Below are positions 1 to 12,240 of a DNA stretch of 37,099 nucleotides, in pieces. Each line of letters begins with the position of its first letter. Within the stretch, counting starts at the first letter, position 1. Source of the stretch: Octopus bimaculoides (Eukaryota); contig NC_068993.1 in assembly GCF_001194135.2 (NCBI RefSeq), positions 31,949,241 to 31,986,339 on the forward strand. Direction: 5' to 3'. The notes beneath the pieces are model-generated. The model was not told the DNA's origin and searched no databases. It saw nothing but the letters and a program-made list of their open reading frames with translations. A program made the translations under genes and the position numbers.

Positions 1-160
1 ATATATATATATATATAAAAGAAAAAGAACTCAAGTGTTTTCATATATACATACATACACATACCCATATACATACATCCACATATCCATATATATGTGC
101 ATGTATACATATATTTATATGTGTACACACACACACACATACACACACACACACATTACT
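1..160. repeat. (TA)n/(CA)n/(TACA)n compound microsatellite
   Basis: Directly visible dinucleotide and tetranucleotide runs. Confidence 0.9.
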
Positions 161-429
161 AAGAATAATGTTTATATTAATACGCATAAATAGATTAGAA
201 TAATTCTTAAATATAATTATATATCTTTTTGAATAATTATCCGTATATGAATATTTCTTGTAGACCCTATGATATTTAGTATATATTATGATATTGTGTA
301 CTTTTGAACTTGTATGCACATAAGAATTATAGAATAATATAACTATTGGCTTACTCTAATTTATTTCCTTCTGTAAAACTAAGTAAAATTCTGATTCTTT
401 ATTTATTCATTTATTATTATCATTTTTAT

Positions 430-660
430 GTAAGAAATAGTATAGTTTATAATAATCGTAACTTTTTACATTTGTTTCACATCCGCTTGTTTAGTAGAAT
501 CTTTGGAATTAATGAATCGTTGATTAAACGATATTTTAATGAATTCAGTGTCTGAATAATATATATCCTTGTTTATTTTTTTTATAATAGTATATAGAAA
601 TTTTAAATAATATACATTTCCCACTCCACCATAAATTCTTAATATATAATATAGATGTTA
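430..660 (-). mobile_element. Highly decayed Penelope-like GIY-YIG endonuclease remnant
   Basis: Manual minus-strand reading gives GGVGNVYYLKF...TRIYIIQTLNSLKYRLIND, resembling the NVIY..C..YIGQT..SLK.R motif. Stops and frameshifts are present. It lies next to a hammerhead-like motif. Confidence 0.35.
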
Positions 661-889
661 TTATGTATTAAAAATGTGCAGTGATTATTTTAGATTAACA
701 TATATTTAGATTAATATTATTAAAGATGCACAAGAGCATATTATGATCGTTGTAATTGTTTTTGTTGATTTGATTTATGTTAAAATTATTAACGCTTGCG
801 CTTGTAAACATAGGTATATTTTAAATAAGTCTGTTTTGTGATTTAGCAGTCCTTGCATTAAATTTTGTCTATTTTTTAAAGACAAATAT

Positions 890-966
890 TACTCTGGGGA
901 GACTCACATGCGTAAATGTCAATTTTTATAAATTGACTAGTGGATATGAGTCGAAACAAATTGTAA
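890..966 (+). ncRNA. Hammerhead ribozyme-like motif (type I, long stem II, mutated core)
   Basis: CTGGGGA (894-900), stem II GACTCA/TGAGTC (901-906/947-952) with inner hairpin GTCAATTT-TTAT-AAATTGAC, GAAA (953-956), near-palindromic stem III ACAAATTGT, then A (GUA site). A6 is replaced by G and stem I is poorly paired. Confidence 0.55.
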
Positions 967-1258
967 TATATATATATATTTGTTTTAATTATTTGTTATA
1001 TAAGATTATATCCTTTTATAGTATAATTATATTATATCTTTGATAGTATAATTATATTATATTATTATATATATAAATTTTTGATATGTCAATTGTATTT
1101 CTCTATTTCTTTTAATATTTATACATTGAAATTATATTATTTTATGTTCGGATTTTTTCTCTACTATATTGTGGTATCTAACTGAAGACCCACTGAAAAT
1201 TGGATGTTTTACATCCCTTTGAAGGAAATGATTTTTTTTTTCTCCTTGGACTGATTAT

Positions 1259-1422
1259 ATGCATATATATAAATATACGCATATACACACACATATATAT
1301 ATATACACACACACAGATATCTATATCTATCTATATATATATACACATTTATATATAGAGAGAGAAGGAAAGAGAGAGAGGAGAGAGAATGGGAGAGAGA
1401 AGAGAGAGAACGAGAGAGAGAA
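1259..1422. repeat. (TA)/(CA)/(GA) compound microsatellite
   Basis: Directly visible. Confidence 0.9.
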
Positions 1423-1427
1423 GCACT

Positions 1428-1850
1428 TTTTTAACTTTAACCAGTTACTGGAAAACAATTTTAGCTTCTAACTTTAGAAGCAGCGCTAGCGTCACCTTAG
1501 AAACAAATATGATCGATGAGAAAAATTTCATTACAGGATAAAATTGAAATTTAAATATCTGAAATAAGAAACAATATTCGTAACACTGTTGATAGTAAAG
1601 TTGACAGAAGATAAATATGATTAAGATTAAAAAGAAAATGCTTTTTTTGTGTGTGTTTGCTGAATGATAAGTGAACATTTATAAATTTAATGTTTATATT
1701 TCGTATTATTAAAAATATCGCCGTTTTTAATGTAATTCAAAATATGACCAATGGAAGAAATGACACTTCGTGATATTGATTTCTATTACAAAAGCATCAA
1801 ATAATAGTAAATATATTGCAAATGCATGAATATGAAATATAATAAACGTT
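1428..1850 (+). repeat. Dispersed non-coding module A, copy 1
   Basis: Shares blocks such as tggaaaacaatttt, tgat(c/t)gatgagaaa, aatgtaatt..aaa.atga.caa and gacactt with copies near 5075, 11441 and 23951. Confidence 0.6.
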
Positions 1851-1980
1851 TGGAAAACTCAGCATTACCATACAAGTATAAAATGATTTGCTTCAAACTT
1901 GAGATTAACTTACCAGTTATAATATTTATATTATAGACTAGTCATAACAAGCGTCTCAGAAATCAAGAGTGTATAATGCA

Positions 1981-2372
1981 TGCGCATGCACGCACACACA
2001 CACACATACACATACACACACACATATACGTGTGTGTGTGCGTGTGTGTCTACTTAAGATTTTGAAGCATTTCAAATGTCTGTGACATAATTGACCTATT
2101 CTCGCTTTAAGCAACGCGTGTTAAAACACCAACAGCTCTCTCGGACTAAAATGACAATTTTGTTCACGGCAAACTGCAGTGATAATGGCCTTCTTACGGG
2201 TCAGATTTGTCACAAACGTATTTCGCATCGATATCCCGCATATTATATCGTGTGAGCGTGTGCGTGGCTGTGTGTGCGTATGTGTGTGCATGTGCGTGTG
2301 TTTCAACGTGTGCATGTGTGCGAGTGTGTGGGGCATACATATGTACATGTTTATATTATGCTTGTATCTACG

Positions 2373-2427
<55 letters not shown>

Positions 2428-2510
2428 GCATGCATCTATGTATGTATGTATGTATGTATGTATCTATGCATGCATCTATGTATGTATGTATGTATTATGT
2501 ATGTATGTAC
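1981..2510. repeat. (CA)/(GT)/(TA)/(TATG) microsatellite arrays at 1981-2050 and 2260-2510
   Basis: Directly visible; these generate the spurious YI/CV/MYV ORFs. Confidence 0.85.
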
Positions 2511-2572
2511 CTGTCGCTTCTATTTTTTAATTATCATAAATTTTCCACTCAGGAGGGACCCGGTTTCTACTA
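2511..2572 (-). mobile_element. Short 3' tip of an R4/Dong-like LINE
   Basis: About 60 nt aligning at roughly 80% to 21017-21078, the 3' UTR end of the Dong copy (ttctatttt..taatta..ataaat.ttccact.aggaggga). Confidence 0.6.
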
Positions 2573-4800
2573 ACTGGAGTTCAGTGAGCAGCTTCCCCTT
2601 GATTTGCACGCCACCGTCCCAGTCGATATCTTTGTTGACCTTTCCGAGGCATGCCGTGAAGAACTTCGGACAGATAGTATCTCCTTGTTAGATTCCCTTC
2701 TCGATCGAGACACGCAAGGATGATGATAACAAGGCCACGTCCATAGTTCATTTTGAATTTGTCTCCCGAAGGAGGTGCATATACTGCGACGCAACACCTT
2801 CCTTCTCGGGACTGTAGCACCGCATTGATCTCAATACTGTCGAAGGCCTTTCCGTAGTCAACGAACGCGACGAACAGTGGTAACCGGTACGCTTTCGCTC
2901 ACTCTAACAACTGCATCAGAGTGAATATGTCATCCATCGTGCTGAAGTTCTTTCTCAAGCCTGGCTGTTGTTCTCTTGGCTGTTGTTCATTAAGCTGTTG
3001 CTTTATTCGGCATACAATTATCTTCATAAATAACTCGTGTATGTGAGACAGGAGCGTTATTAGGTGATAGTACCTGGGAGTTTCCCGATCACTCTTGTTG
3101 ACAACAGGCTGGTGTTCGACTCTTTCCATTCAGAACGTATGCGCTCTTCCATTGTGTAGCGGTTGAAACGTGCTGCGAGGATTTGTCATAGTTGCTCTCC
3201 GGCGGCTGCAGCATTTCGAGTTTTATACCATACTTTCCCGATGATTTGCCTTTTTTCTTCAGTTTTAAGGCTTTCCTAACTTCTCTGACCAGAATAGATG
3301 GTACTTCCCGCTCTCTGTATCACAACAGAGGACCGACTGCCAGAGTAGAATTGAAGAGATTGATGTAGTAGGTTTGGCAAATCTTTTTTCAGTTCACCGC
3401 GACGTCGTCCTTGTCTCTCAACATCATCACTTCCGCCCTGTAAAGCGCTATCTCCCTTTTGCACTTCTTGGGGCTTTTTCGTTTCTGCGCACTCCTTAGG
3501 AGCATTTCTTTCCTGTAATTTTCGAAATCGTTTTGCAGTTATTGCCTTATAATTTTGCAGAGAACAGAGTACTCGATCAAATATGAACTGTCTCTCTTTA
3601 TGTATCTCTGCTTTTATATGAGCTTCTTCATCTGATCTGAGATTATTCCTCTTGCATTCATCAGATCTTCGACCCTCACCCTCCTCAAGCAATTTTTCAA
3701 CTTCTAGATGAGTCATGTTCTTCATCTAATCCATTAAGCTGTTCCCACGACTCTTTACCGATTGCTTGCTTCAGCTTTACTCCGTCCACGATCTTCACTC
3801 ACTGTTACTTCGACGTTAGGTACAGTGCTCTCTTCTCCTTAATTTCGTACAGCATATTAACCTGCACATATTGGTGGTCGCTTCCTTAGTTGAATGGCGC
3901 TACTTATGAGACGTCTAGCAATATATCATTTATCGACCAGTATATAGTTGATTTCGTTTCAGTCGCTTGCATTTGGTGCTATCCAGGTCTATCTCTTCTC
4001 CATCATCTTGAATAGGTTGTTCTTAATGTAAAACCTTGTCGTCTTATTCCGCTCTCTGAGCCCTGATCTTCCCACACATCGATCGTCTCGTCGTCACTTG
4101 CTCACTTTTGTACTGAAGTCTCCAATCACGGTGGTGTATGTGGATTTAGTGGCTAGAACTTGTTCCAGCTCACCATGGATATCTTCCATCACACCGTCGT
4201 CGGTGGTGTTGGTGAGAGCGTAAACCTGGTCGATCTTTAAGATCGACTTTCCGGACAGTCGAACGTTTAACACTCCTATTTTGGATAATACAGACTAGCA
4301 GGAAACAATCTTATCAGCCCATTCCTTACTGACGATGAACCCGACGCCTCCGACTACTCCAGGACCTTCTGCACATCCCATTCTGACGACACTTCCATCC
4401 TTCCGTATTGGTATTTAACTCGTTTCTCAAACGCGTTTCGCAGTGTCCCAACATATCGCACTTGATTTTACTCTTCTCCTCCATCAGATAGTTCAGTCCA
4501 ACCCCATTTGCCAAAGCGCTACAGGTGTATGTACATATGGTAAGGCCAGTCCTTTTTCGTGGTGGCTTCCGCGAACCTGAGATTCTTAGCAGGCTCTCGA
4601 CACTCAGATCGTACCCCACTGCCATGGAATTGTCCGGTTAACGCCCAAGGGACTGAGGCCCATTTCCTAATGTTGTTTTAGCCATTAAATGACGCCACTC
4701 AACTCTTCAGTTTAGCTGACCCTCAGCTTCTACTCAATAGACGTTACGCCTGCTTTAGCAAAGGTAGTCCATCATCATGGTTGTTAGTTCGGTGCATTTG
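2573..4800 (-). mobile_element. Decayed RTE-clade LINE (APE endonuclease + N-terminal RT), 3'-truncated
   Basis: APE: LTICTYTCSALA..CDMLGHCETR (4326-4625). RT: PREQQPGLRKNFSTMDDIFTL, then GI*QGDTICPKFFTACL..GGVQIKGKLLT; the sequence breaks off just before the expected FADD motif. Many stops and frameshifts. Confidence 0.88.
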
Positions 4801-4809
4801 TGTCTAGGT

Positions 4810-5150
4810 TGAACCTCCATGGTAACGTACTTATACCAGTCTACCATATCCACCGAACGTCACATACAAACTTGAAATTACACCTTGGAAAGGGTTTTAT
4901 GAATTAATTTTAAAAGCGGCCGTAACTCTATCTCGAAAATGAAGATGATTGATGAGAAAGTTTTTATAACNNNNNNNNNNNNNNNNNNNTGAACCTCCAT
5001 GGTAACGTACTTATACCAGTCTACCATATCCACCGAACGTCACATACAAACTTGAAATTACACCTTGGAAAGGGTTTTATGAATTAATTTTAAAAGCGGC
5101 CGTAACTCTATCTCGAAAATGAAGATGATTGATGAGAAAGTTTTTATAAC
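4810..5150. other. Identical 161-bp sequence on both sides of a 19-N gap (4810-4970 = 4990-5150); probable unmerged contig overlap
   Basis: Exact duplication directly abutting the gap. Confidence 0.85.
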
Positions 5151-5460
5151 AAATTGAACTTGCATTTTTAAACCCGAGAATTATAAAATGAAATATATGA
5201 CAATAGTGGCAGCGTTTCTTATTCAACTAAAATAACAGTTAGTTACATGCAGTCAAATTTAATGGAGAAAAAGAGTTATTTAGGGTATAAGGATTTCTGA
5301 GAGTTCAAATACCAAAAATACAGTAAATCTTCCTTGCTATTTGTTATCTTCAGTTTTATGAATTTTGTGCATATTTAAAAACACAGTGTTTCTGATTCTA
5401 ATTTCATAGAAAATAAAATCAATTAAATGTGCGTAGAATCCAATTTTTCTGTGAGTGTAT
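5075..5460 (+). repeat. Dispersed non-coding module A, copy 2
   Basis: ttttaaaagc.gc...gatgattgatgagaaagtttttataaca aligns with 11485-11545; more diverged downstream. Confidence 0.55.
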
Positions 5461-5825
5461 CAAATCATATCGCAGTAATTTAAATGTTATTACCAATTCT
5501 AATAGTTGCACGACCAACTGAGTCAGCGTAATATCATAATATATTCCGTCTCTTCTATATTTTACAGTAGATCTACTGAAATATTGGAACCCAGTGGTAC
5601 TTTTTTTTGACTTGCAAATGGAATACTAATTATATCTTAGAAACACAGAACTTCAGATAGTGAAGCAACTTAGCCACTAGAGTACAGGAACTAGAGTACA
5701 TGTAAAGATATATATGGCTGGGTTGAGAAAATGTCGAACTATCGGACAAATGTTTCATGGTTTGTATCATGGAATCGTCACTCAAGAACATTGCTGATGA
5801 TGACCTCATTTAACAACTAAAGGCA

Positions 5826-6230
5826 AGTCAGTTCATTTAAGAGTAACGGGCATTTATAATTAACAGCTTATTTTTACCGTCTTTAGTCAATTACCAGTCT
5901 CTTGAGTCACTAAGATCGATATTATTAATGAGAGCTGCCAATCGATCTACACTGAACTCTATTGATGTATAGAAGAGATCAATAGGAATCATCTGTCCTA
6001 CCTTCTCTTCCAGCAGAAGGAATTGAACCCATCTCTACCATGTTATATTTACGGTGTTACCTCAGACTAGAGTGGGGAATCGTTCTTACATCGAGGAAAA
6101 TCACCATGTGCATCTGAGATAAAACAGCAGCAACAGAAAATTACGAAGTTGTTACTTTTTTGTGGTTCTTCATTAACTTTTACATCTTCAGTTCTTCAGT
6201 TCTGTTCTGCCAGAGGACTGAACTAAGTGA
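5826..6230 (+). repeat. Non-coding module B, copy 1
   Basis: gtcagttcatttaa..gcatt.at.at.aac...ttatttttaccgtc and tt.tg.caga...actgaactaa are shared with 12231-12630. Confidence 0.6.
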
Positions 6231-6599
6231 AAACCCTTTTCAACCAACCCTATAAACCCTGCACCAAATTTACACACGTAGCTGGCATTACAATACACCC
6301 GATCACATTATCTTGCATGACACCACCAAAATACAGCACACTAAAATACACCTCACACCACTACAAACAGCTGTTTGTGTTTAATAATTCTTTTGAATTT
6401 AATGTGTTCCTATAAAACTATTTACAGCATCGCCTTCACTTAGAATCAAATTAGAATATAACATTTATAATTGCTTCAAAATTTGGAGACAACACCAGAA
6501 ATTTTGTGTGAGTAGATTAGTTAATCTTAGCCGAGAGGGTTAGTTGAACTAAGCTGAACTTTGAATGCAGGGATCTGTAACTAAACATCTCATTTCCTT

Positions 6600-9500
6600 T
6601 TCTATCACATTTTGACAATTCTACCAATTCCCCTGTCTTAAAAAGACTGATTTTGAAGTTCGGTCCTAAGCCAGCAATTTGTAAGACTCTTCTAATTTCC
6701 TAACTAGCTCACCCTCTTCTCTATCGCTAGTTTTCTGCTACATTCTACAGCTTCTACTCTAATCACCTGTTTTAGGGCCCCTCACCATCTGTTGTTGACG
6801 ACTGCACCTGTCAACTTTCGATGGATTAACTTGCTAAGCGGGTCTTCGAAAGCTTCACGCGCCGGGAAAGACGCGTTCAGCTTCCAGTATCCGGTTCCCT
6901 GCCTATGGAGCTTATCTTGGTCAACCGTACAGATCACAAATTTGTGGTCTGTGTAGATGACGAATTCAAACTGTGGATAACCTATTCTATTCTTACATGC
7001 TAGCCTACAAATACACTATCTTGATAATATCTGGATGACTCGACAGTGTTTGCCCATGTCCAAACTGGAGCATTCGGAAAATCCAGTCTGACCCTGTGCG
7101 CCAGCTGGAAACGACTGAGCAGTTTTGCAAGGCTGACACACCCCACTTTCCTATCCACTACCCCCAACTAATCTGCACGTGCATCCAAAATGGCGTTCCA
7201 ATTTCCCACTAGCACTAAATTGCGAAACTCCCCTAGAAAAACCTCCAGGCCTCTGAAGAACTGCGGCTGCCCCGCTCCAGTCGGTGCGTACACTGCAACC
7301 AGTCTAAAAGCACTGCCTTCGTTATTGTTCATGTCCAAGACGATCAACTTACATTCCGTGTCCAGGAAGACCGACCGTATCTCCAGACCCAGGCCTTTTC
7401 TGAACAAAATTGTTACCCACCCCCATTCCCGGTCGACTAAGAGATGCGAAAATCTCAAAGTCATCGAAAATGGGAATCAAGGCCCGTGTGTCTGCAATCT
7501 TGGTCTCACTGACAGTTATTGCATCCAGACTTATCCACCTGATGTCGTTGTGCAAGTGTCGTAGCTTCGAGGTCGACCGCAGGCCACGTATATTTATACA
7601 ACCTACTTTAAGAACTGCCTATGCTGGCCAGGAAGTAAGGAAAGGAAGAGGGAGTGCCGCTTACCCTCCTGGTGTTGTTTGCGGCCGAGTGATTCTTCCA
7701 CTGTCTGTTCTGTTGGGTTACTCTGGAAACCCCTTTAAAAGCCATCTGATGACGTTACACTAGGAGATCCAATGTCATACAGGTAGCTCCTCCAAATGCT
7801 CGTATAAGTCTCTAGCGTCATTCACACCATCATTAGTCTCTCCGGTACTCTAAAATTGTTGGGACTGCAGATCACCCCCTCTGGTTCAATGTTCTCATTT
7901 TGTGCTATAAGAGCAATCAGCTTTTCATTGGCCCTCCTCACTAGCACGAAAGTCCGCTGCTGCTCGGACGGTTCTTGTTATTGTAGTGACATTTCTCTTT
8001 TTAAAGTTTGTTGTGTTTTTGATTCTGTTCTGGGTGTTTGTGATGGTGTTGGTGATTGTGGTGCTTGTAGTGCTGTTGTTGTCATCAGTGTGCCTGTGTT
8101 TGCCGATTTAAGGATTTCTCTATTTTTCTGTACCTCTTTCTTGTTTTCTTTTGCCTTTTGGGCTTCCCCTCATCATCACTTGAATGGGTGGAGAAGTCCG
8201 TGTCTTGTATGTTTTCTTCTGGTGTTGTTTGTCCTGATTCTCTTGTAGTTGTTGTTTTCGTTGCTCCTGCTAGTGTAGCTTTCGCCACTGCTGCTGGTAC
8301 TACTCCCACTGCCACCTTCACTGTAGCACCTGCCTGTTTTGTTTCCTTTGGTTCAATCTCTGTGTCTATTCCCCTACCTTTCTGTTGTTGTTCTTCTCCT
8401 TGTCGTTTTTGTGGATTCCTGGGTTCTGGTGCTTTCGTTTGGACATTTTGTTTTGCCCTTCTGTTTTGATTCTGTGCGCAGAAAAACCGTAAGTGGCCCG
8501 TTGAGACACATTCGTGGCACCTGGGCCTTCTACTCTCCACGTTCATCCTTAGTTCTATTCCATTCGAGAGGGAAATCAGGTCTGGGACTTTCTCTAACTG
8601 CTCTGGCTTCAAGCGGAGAAGAACTTCCAAGGTAGTCCCAACCCAATTCTCCCACCTCGACTTTTTTAACTTCCAGGAGACTCTCTCCCCAGTCCGTACA
8701 AATACAGGCGAGAGTCCACCATAAATCCAGGCCTGGGAGACACCTGGTACCGTAATTCGTACCGCCCATCTTTCCATGTACGTTGGGAAGAGGGCGATTT
8801 CCTCGATGCGATACGTGGTCACCGAGCTCTCTATCGCCTGCCCGCCCCCGTCTTAAAAAGGACCTCTACTCTGCCGTACAGCCTGGCTCTCGCAAGGTGG
8901 TTCATATCCTGCCATATGTCTTTCAAGGCTTTTCCCACCTGATAGCGTTTAGCATTTTCGAGTTTCCTTGTCTTTGTATTCACGCACCTGTAGACAGCTG
9001 TGGGTTTGGTTGTTGCTTCAAGCACGTCGATTGGAGGCGTCAGTTCTGCCCTCCTTCCATTCATTTTCATATATTTTGCTGCCTTGTTTAGTTTTTCCAT
9101 TTTGTTCTCCAATGAGATGTTAACCAATTTCTTAGCTGCCATGATATTTGCAAAAGTCTCTTTTCCGCCGCTAACTTCACTTATGTTAGACTCTTCGCGG
9201 CAGTTGCTTTCAATGTTGTTCTTCGTGCTACAACAATTTTCATGCAGTGAGGAACACTTTACCCCTTCCTCTCACCTTCTTTCTGCCTTTCATCTTCTTT
9301 CTTTTTTCATGACTCTCCACTTCTTTTTCACCTTCATCTCCTCCTCCTCCTCCTCCTCCTCCTTTTTCTTCTTCTCCCTTCTTTTCTTCCTGCTGTCTTC
9401 TTCCAATCATGGTGGAGACGACTGGGAAGTCCTCGTGCAAATTACCATACCAACTTCCTTCCTCACTCCCGCTTTTCATCGCTATTTGCAAAGAAAATTT

Positions 9501-9660
9501 GGTAACAAAAAGAAGTTTGTATCACAGCAAAAAATGGGGCTTTGATTAACAAACACAAGCCCCCCACACACCCGAAGGACAGCTGATAACAAAATACACT
9601 TCTGAACAAGTGAATTAGTCATAAACTTACAGCGCTCCAAAAATACCTCCAGCTAAGGTG
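6600..9660 (-). mobile_element. L1/Tx1-clade LINE: gag-like ORF1 with CCHC knuckle plus ORF2 APE domain, 3'-truncated
   Basis: ORF1 pieces 8831-9142 and 8085-8822 contain CHECVSTGHLRFFC (CX2CX4HX4C). ORF2 begins near 7620 with GCINIRGL..ITVSETK, then FRLVAVYAPTG..LVLVGNWNAILD and GYWKLNAS near 6890. No RT domain is seen. Confidence 0.88.
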
Positions 9661-9698
9661 ATGATGATGATGATAATGATAATAATAATAATTTTAAA

Positions 9699-10259
9699 TG
9701 CCCTGATGTAGTATCAGGCAGTAGCTCTAATGGCTCCTGATCTTAACTGATTGGAATTGTTATCATGTGCATTGTTTTGACTTGGTATGAAAGATGGGAT
9801 ACAGGAAATATTCTGTTCAATATCACATATTTGCATTTTGCTTTTCTGTTGCTTGACCATAAACAGTTGAGCATATCACTTAGTGGCTAACGGTATGTGC
9901 ATCTCTGATCACGAGCAGAAGTAGCGGGGGTGCATCATAGCCATATGTTGAGAAGAATTCTTTGGGGTTTGGATAATTCACCTCTAGGAACATGGGCGTT
10001 TTGTTCATCATCCTTAAACAACGCTTATTCAGAGTCCTTTTGAGCGGGATGGGCTCCACGAGCCGAAGAAAATTCTAACTGGGCCTCACCTACAAGGTCA
10101 TATGTTGTTTATCTTGATAAGAGATCACTATATCACGAACATATGGTTGTGATGCATGTGCCTGGTGTACCTTTATCAGAGACGTAGTCATGATGGGTAC
10201 ACTGGGCTTCGTATATTTTACCCAGTGTCACTTTGATGGCATGCACTGCTCTCTCACTC
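9699..10259. repeat. About 560-bp non-coding interspersed repeat flanked by (AAT)n on both sides
   Basis: Starts gccctgatgtagtatcagg and ends gcactgctctctcactc + AAT array. Recalled as an abundant octopus repeat (unverified). Class and orientation are uncertain. Confidence 0.55.
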
Positions 10260-10304
10260 AATAATAACAATAATGATAATATTCTTATCATTATTATTAT
10301 TATT

Positions 10305-10373
<69 letters not shown>
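10260..10373. repeat. (AAT)n array with an internal inverted (ATT)n block
   Basis: Directly visible; source of the poly-N/poly-L/poly-I ORFs. Confidence 0.95.
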
Positions 10374-10374
<1 letters not shown>

Positions 10375-10540
10375 GTGGGTACTGCACACATTCTACGCAA
10401 AACACTTTCAATACAGTAAACATAAGAGCACCACAGCAAACCACAGCACATACCCAAGGCGCACAGAGCTGCGCTCGGTAGTGAAGTGAAAGCACGTTAT
10501 AAAAATAAAACTACTGAACAATAATAATAATAATAATAAT
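10375..10540 (+). mobile_element. 3' end of an R4/Dong LINE ending in (AAT)n
   Basis: GTAHILRKTLSIQ* (10378-10419) matches the R4/Dong C-terminal GTA.ILRK motif, followed by about 100 nt of UTR and an AAT tail. Confidence 0.75.
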
Positions 10541-10799
10541 GACAATTGGAGAGATGTATACAAATGTGTTAGAGAATTTTTTTTAAATTAATAAGAATAG
10601 AAAATATCGTGATGAAAAATTGAAAAGAAGATATATATATATAAACGGAAAGAGGAAAGAACAGAGAAGAGAAGTGGGTATAAAAAACAATGCAATTGAG
10701 CGATGAGAAAGAAGAGGGTTAGAAAGGAAGAAGTAGTAAGAAATTTCCTGAATTCCCCTACGTATTGTGAAGTGTAGTAAACAAACATGAATAAGGTCA

Positions 10800-11213
10800 C
10801 GTGTATATATATGTATATATATATATGTATATGTGGGTGTGCGTGTGGGTGTGTGTGTGTGTATGTGTTTATGTGTGCGCGAGCATATATATATATATTA
10901 ATGTGTGTGTGTGTGTGTGCGTATATATATATATATATACATACCAGAAAGATGGAGGTGAAGTTAAATTATATAGTTTAAAAGCTACTACAATGCAACT
11001 TCGAAATAAATGAGTTCAAATACTAGAACAATACTTTACACTTTACTTTTAAAGTGTAAAGAGTTGTTCCATCGTTCCATTTTCTGTTTTCACTCCCATG
11101 TTCCAAATTTGCATTATTTCGCTTTTAAGCAAATTCGCCTCTGAATATCACACACGGCTTTATTCAAACTACTATGCTACTCCCCTGTATACTTATGTAC
11201 ATGTATGTGAATT

Positions 11214-11245
<32 letters not shown>

Positions 11246-11254
11246 CATATACAA

Positions 11255-11286
<32 letters not shown>

Positions 11287-11363
11287 CCAAACACATACAT
11301 ATGCATATACATATACGTGTGTGTGTGTGTTAATATAAATAAACACATACATATATGTGACTG

Positions 11364-11415
<52 letters not shown>
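10800..11415. repeat. (TA)/(GT)/(CA) microsatellite arrays at 10800-10940 and 11210-11415
   Basis: Directly visible. Confidence 0.85.
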
Positions 11416-11417
<2 letters not shown>

Positions 11418-11440
11418 GATACACAGAGAGATCTGAAGTT

Positions 11441-11870
11441 GGTGAATTTTAACTAAATTCTGGAAAACAATTTTCTCATTCAATTTAAAAGCAGCATTAG
11501 CGCCATGTCAGAAATATGTATGATTGATGAGAAAAATTTTATAACAGTTTGAATTTTTATTTAAAATGCAGAGGACTTCTAAAGCTACTGTATGGCAATT
11601 ATTGTAGTGATTCCACTTCAGCTAAAATAGCCATTAGTTAAATCCTATTTTCACGAAGAAAATATATTTCAGGTTTTGAGGAATGGCGGAATCATAAGTG
11701 CGCTTGAATATTGCAAATATTCTTTGCCATTTATAAATGTGAATTTTATAGACTTCTTGTCATAAAATTTCTATTGTTCGTAATGTAATTGAAAACATGA
11801 TCAACAGTTAAACCGACACTTGATAGAGATTGTTCATGTTTTAAATATACCAGCAGTAAATTATAAGAGG
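11441..11870 (+). repeat. Dispersed non-coding module A, copy 3
   Basis: Aligns to copies 1, 2 and 4 (e.g. cttgaa.tattgcaaatattc shared with 24174-24195). Confidence 0.65.
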
Positions 11871-12210
11871 CTCTTATATTGTTAAAACGCATTAACAAAA
11901 AAATGTATTAAACGCTTGTAATATTCAGTTTTACTGCTTATGCATCAAATCATTTGCTAGCAATTACGAAATGTAAAAGTTACCTAAACAAATGATGTCA
12001 ACGTAAAGCCACACAATATCGTGACTTTTCTATATCGTACAACATATTTTGCCTTGCAACGACAATACTTTTAATTGAGGAAATACTGTGCAACTAGAAT
12101 GCATGTAAAATTGCGTATATTTGAGTTGAGAGAATGTGAGACTTGCAGATAAAAAATTGGTCAAAACATGCCATCGGCACTCAATGGCACTGCTGTGTAT
12201 TATTGATGGC

Positions 12211-12240
12211 GTCACGTGGCAACCAATGTCAGGTCAGTTC
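12211..12240 (+). promoter_or_regulatory. Possible core promoter: GTCACGTGG E-box, CCAAT and TCAGTT initiator-like motif
   Basis: Motifs at 12211-12219, 12223-12227 and 12234-12239. The CCAAT-Inr spacing is atypically short. Motif match only. Confidence 0.2.

Noticed and set aside
1182-1230. CTGAAGA...GAAA with an internal GGATGT/ACATCC hairpin as a further hammerhead
   Set aside because: There is no convincing stem II closure and no stem III or stem I pairing.
4640-4780. HDV-like ribozyme at the RTE 5' end (CUGA-GGG-UCAG hairpin followed by CUAA on the minus strand)
   Set aside because: P1, P3 and P1.1 could not be paired by hand; only a structural search could rescue it.
4810-5150. Perfect 161-bp direct repeat
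   Set aside because: It is identical and abuts a tiny gap on both sides, the signature of an unmerged contig overlap.
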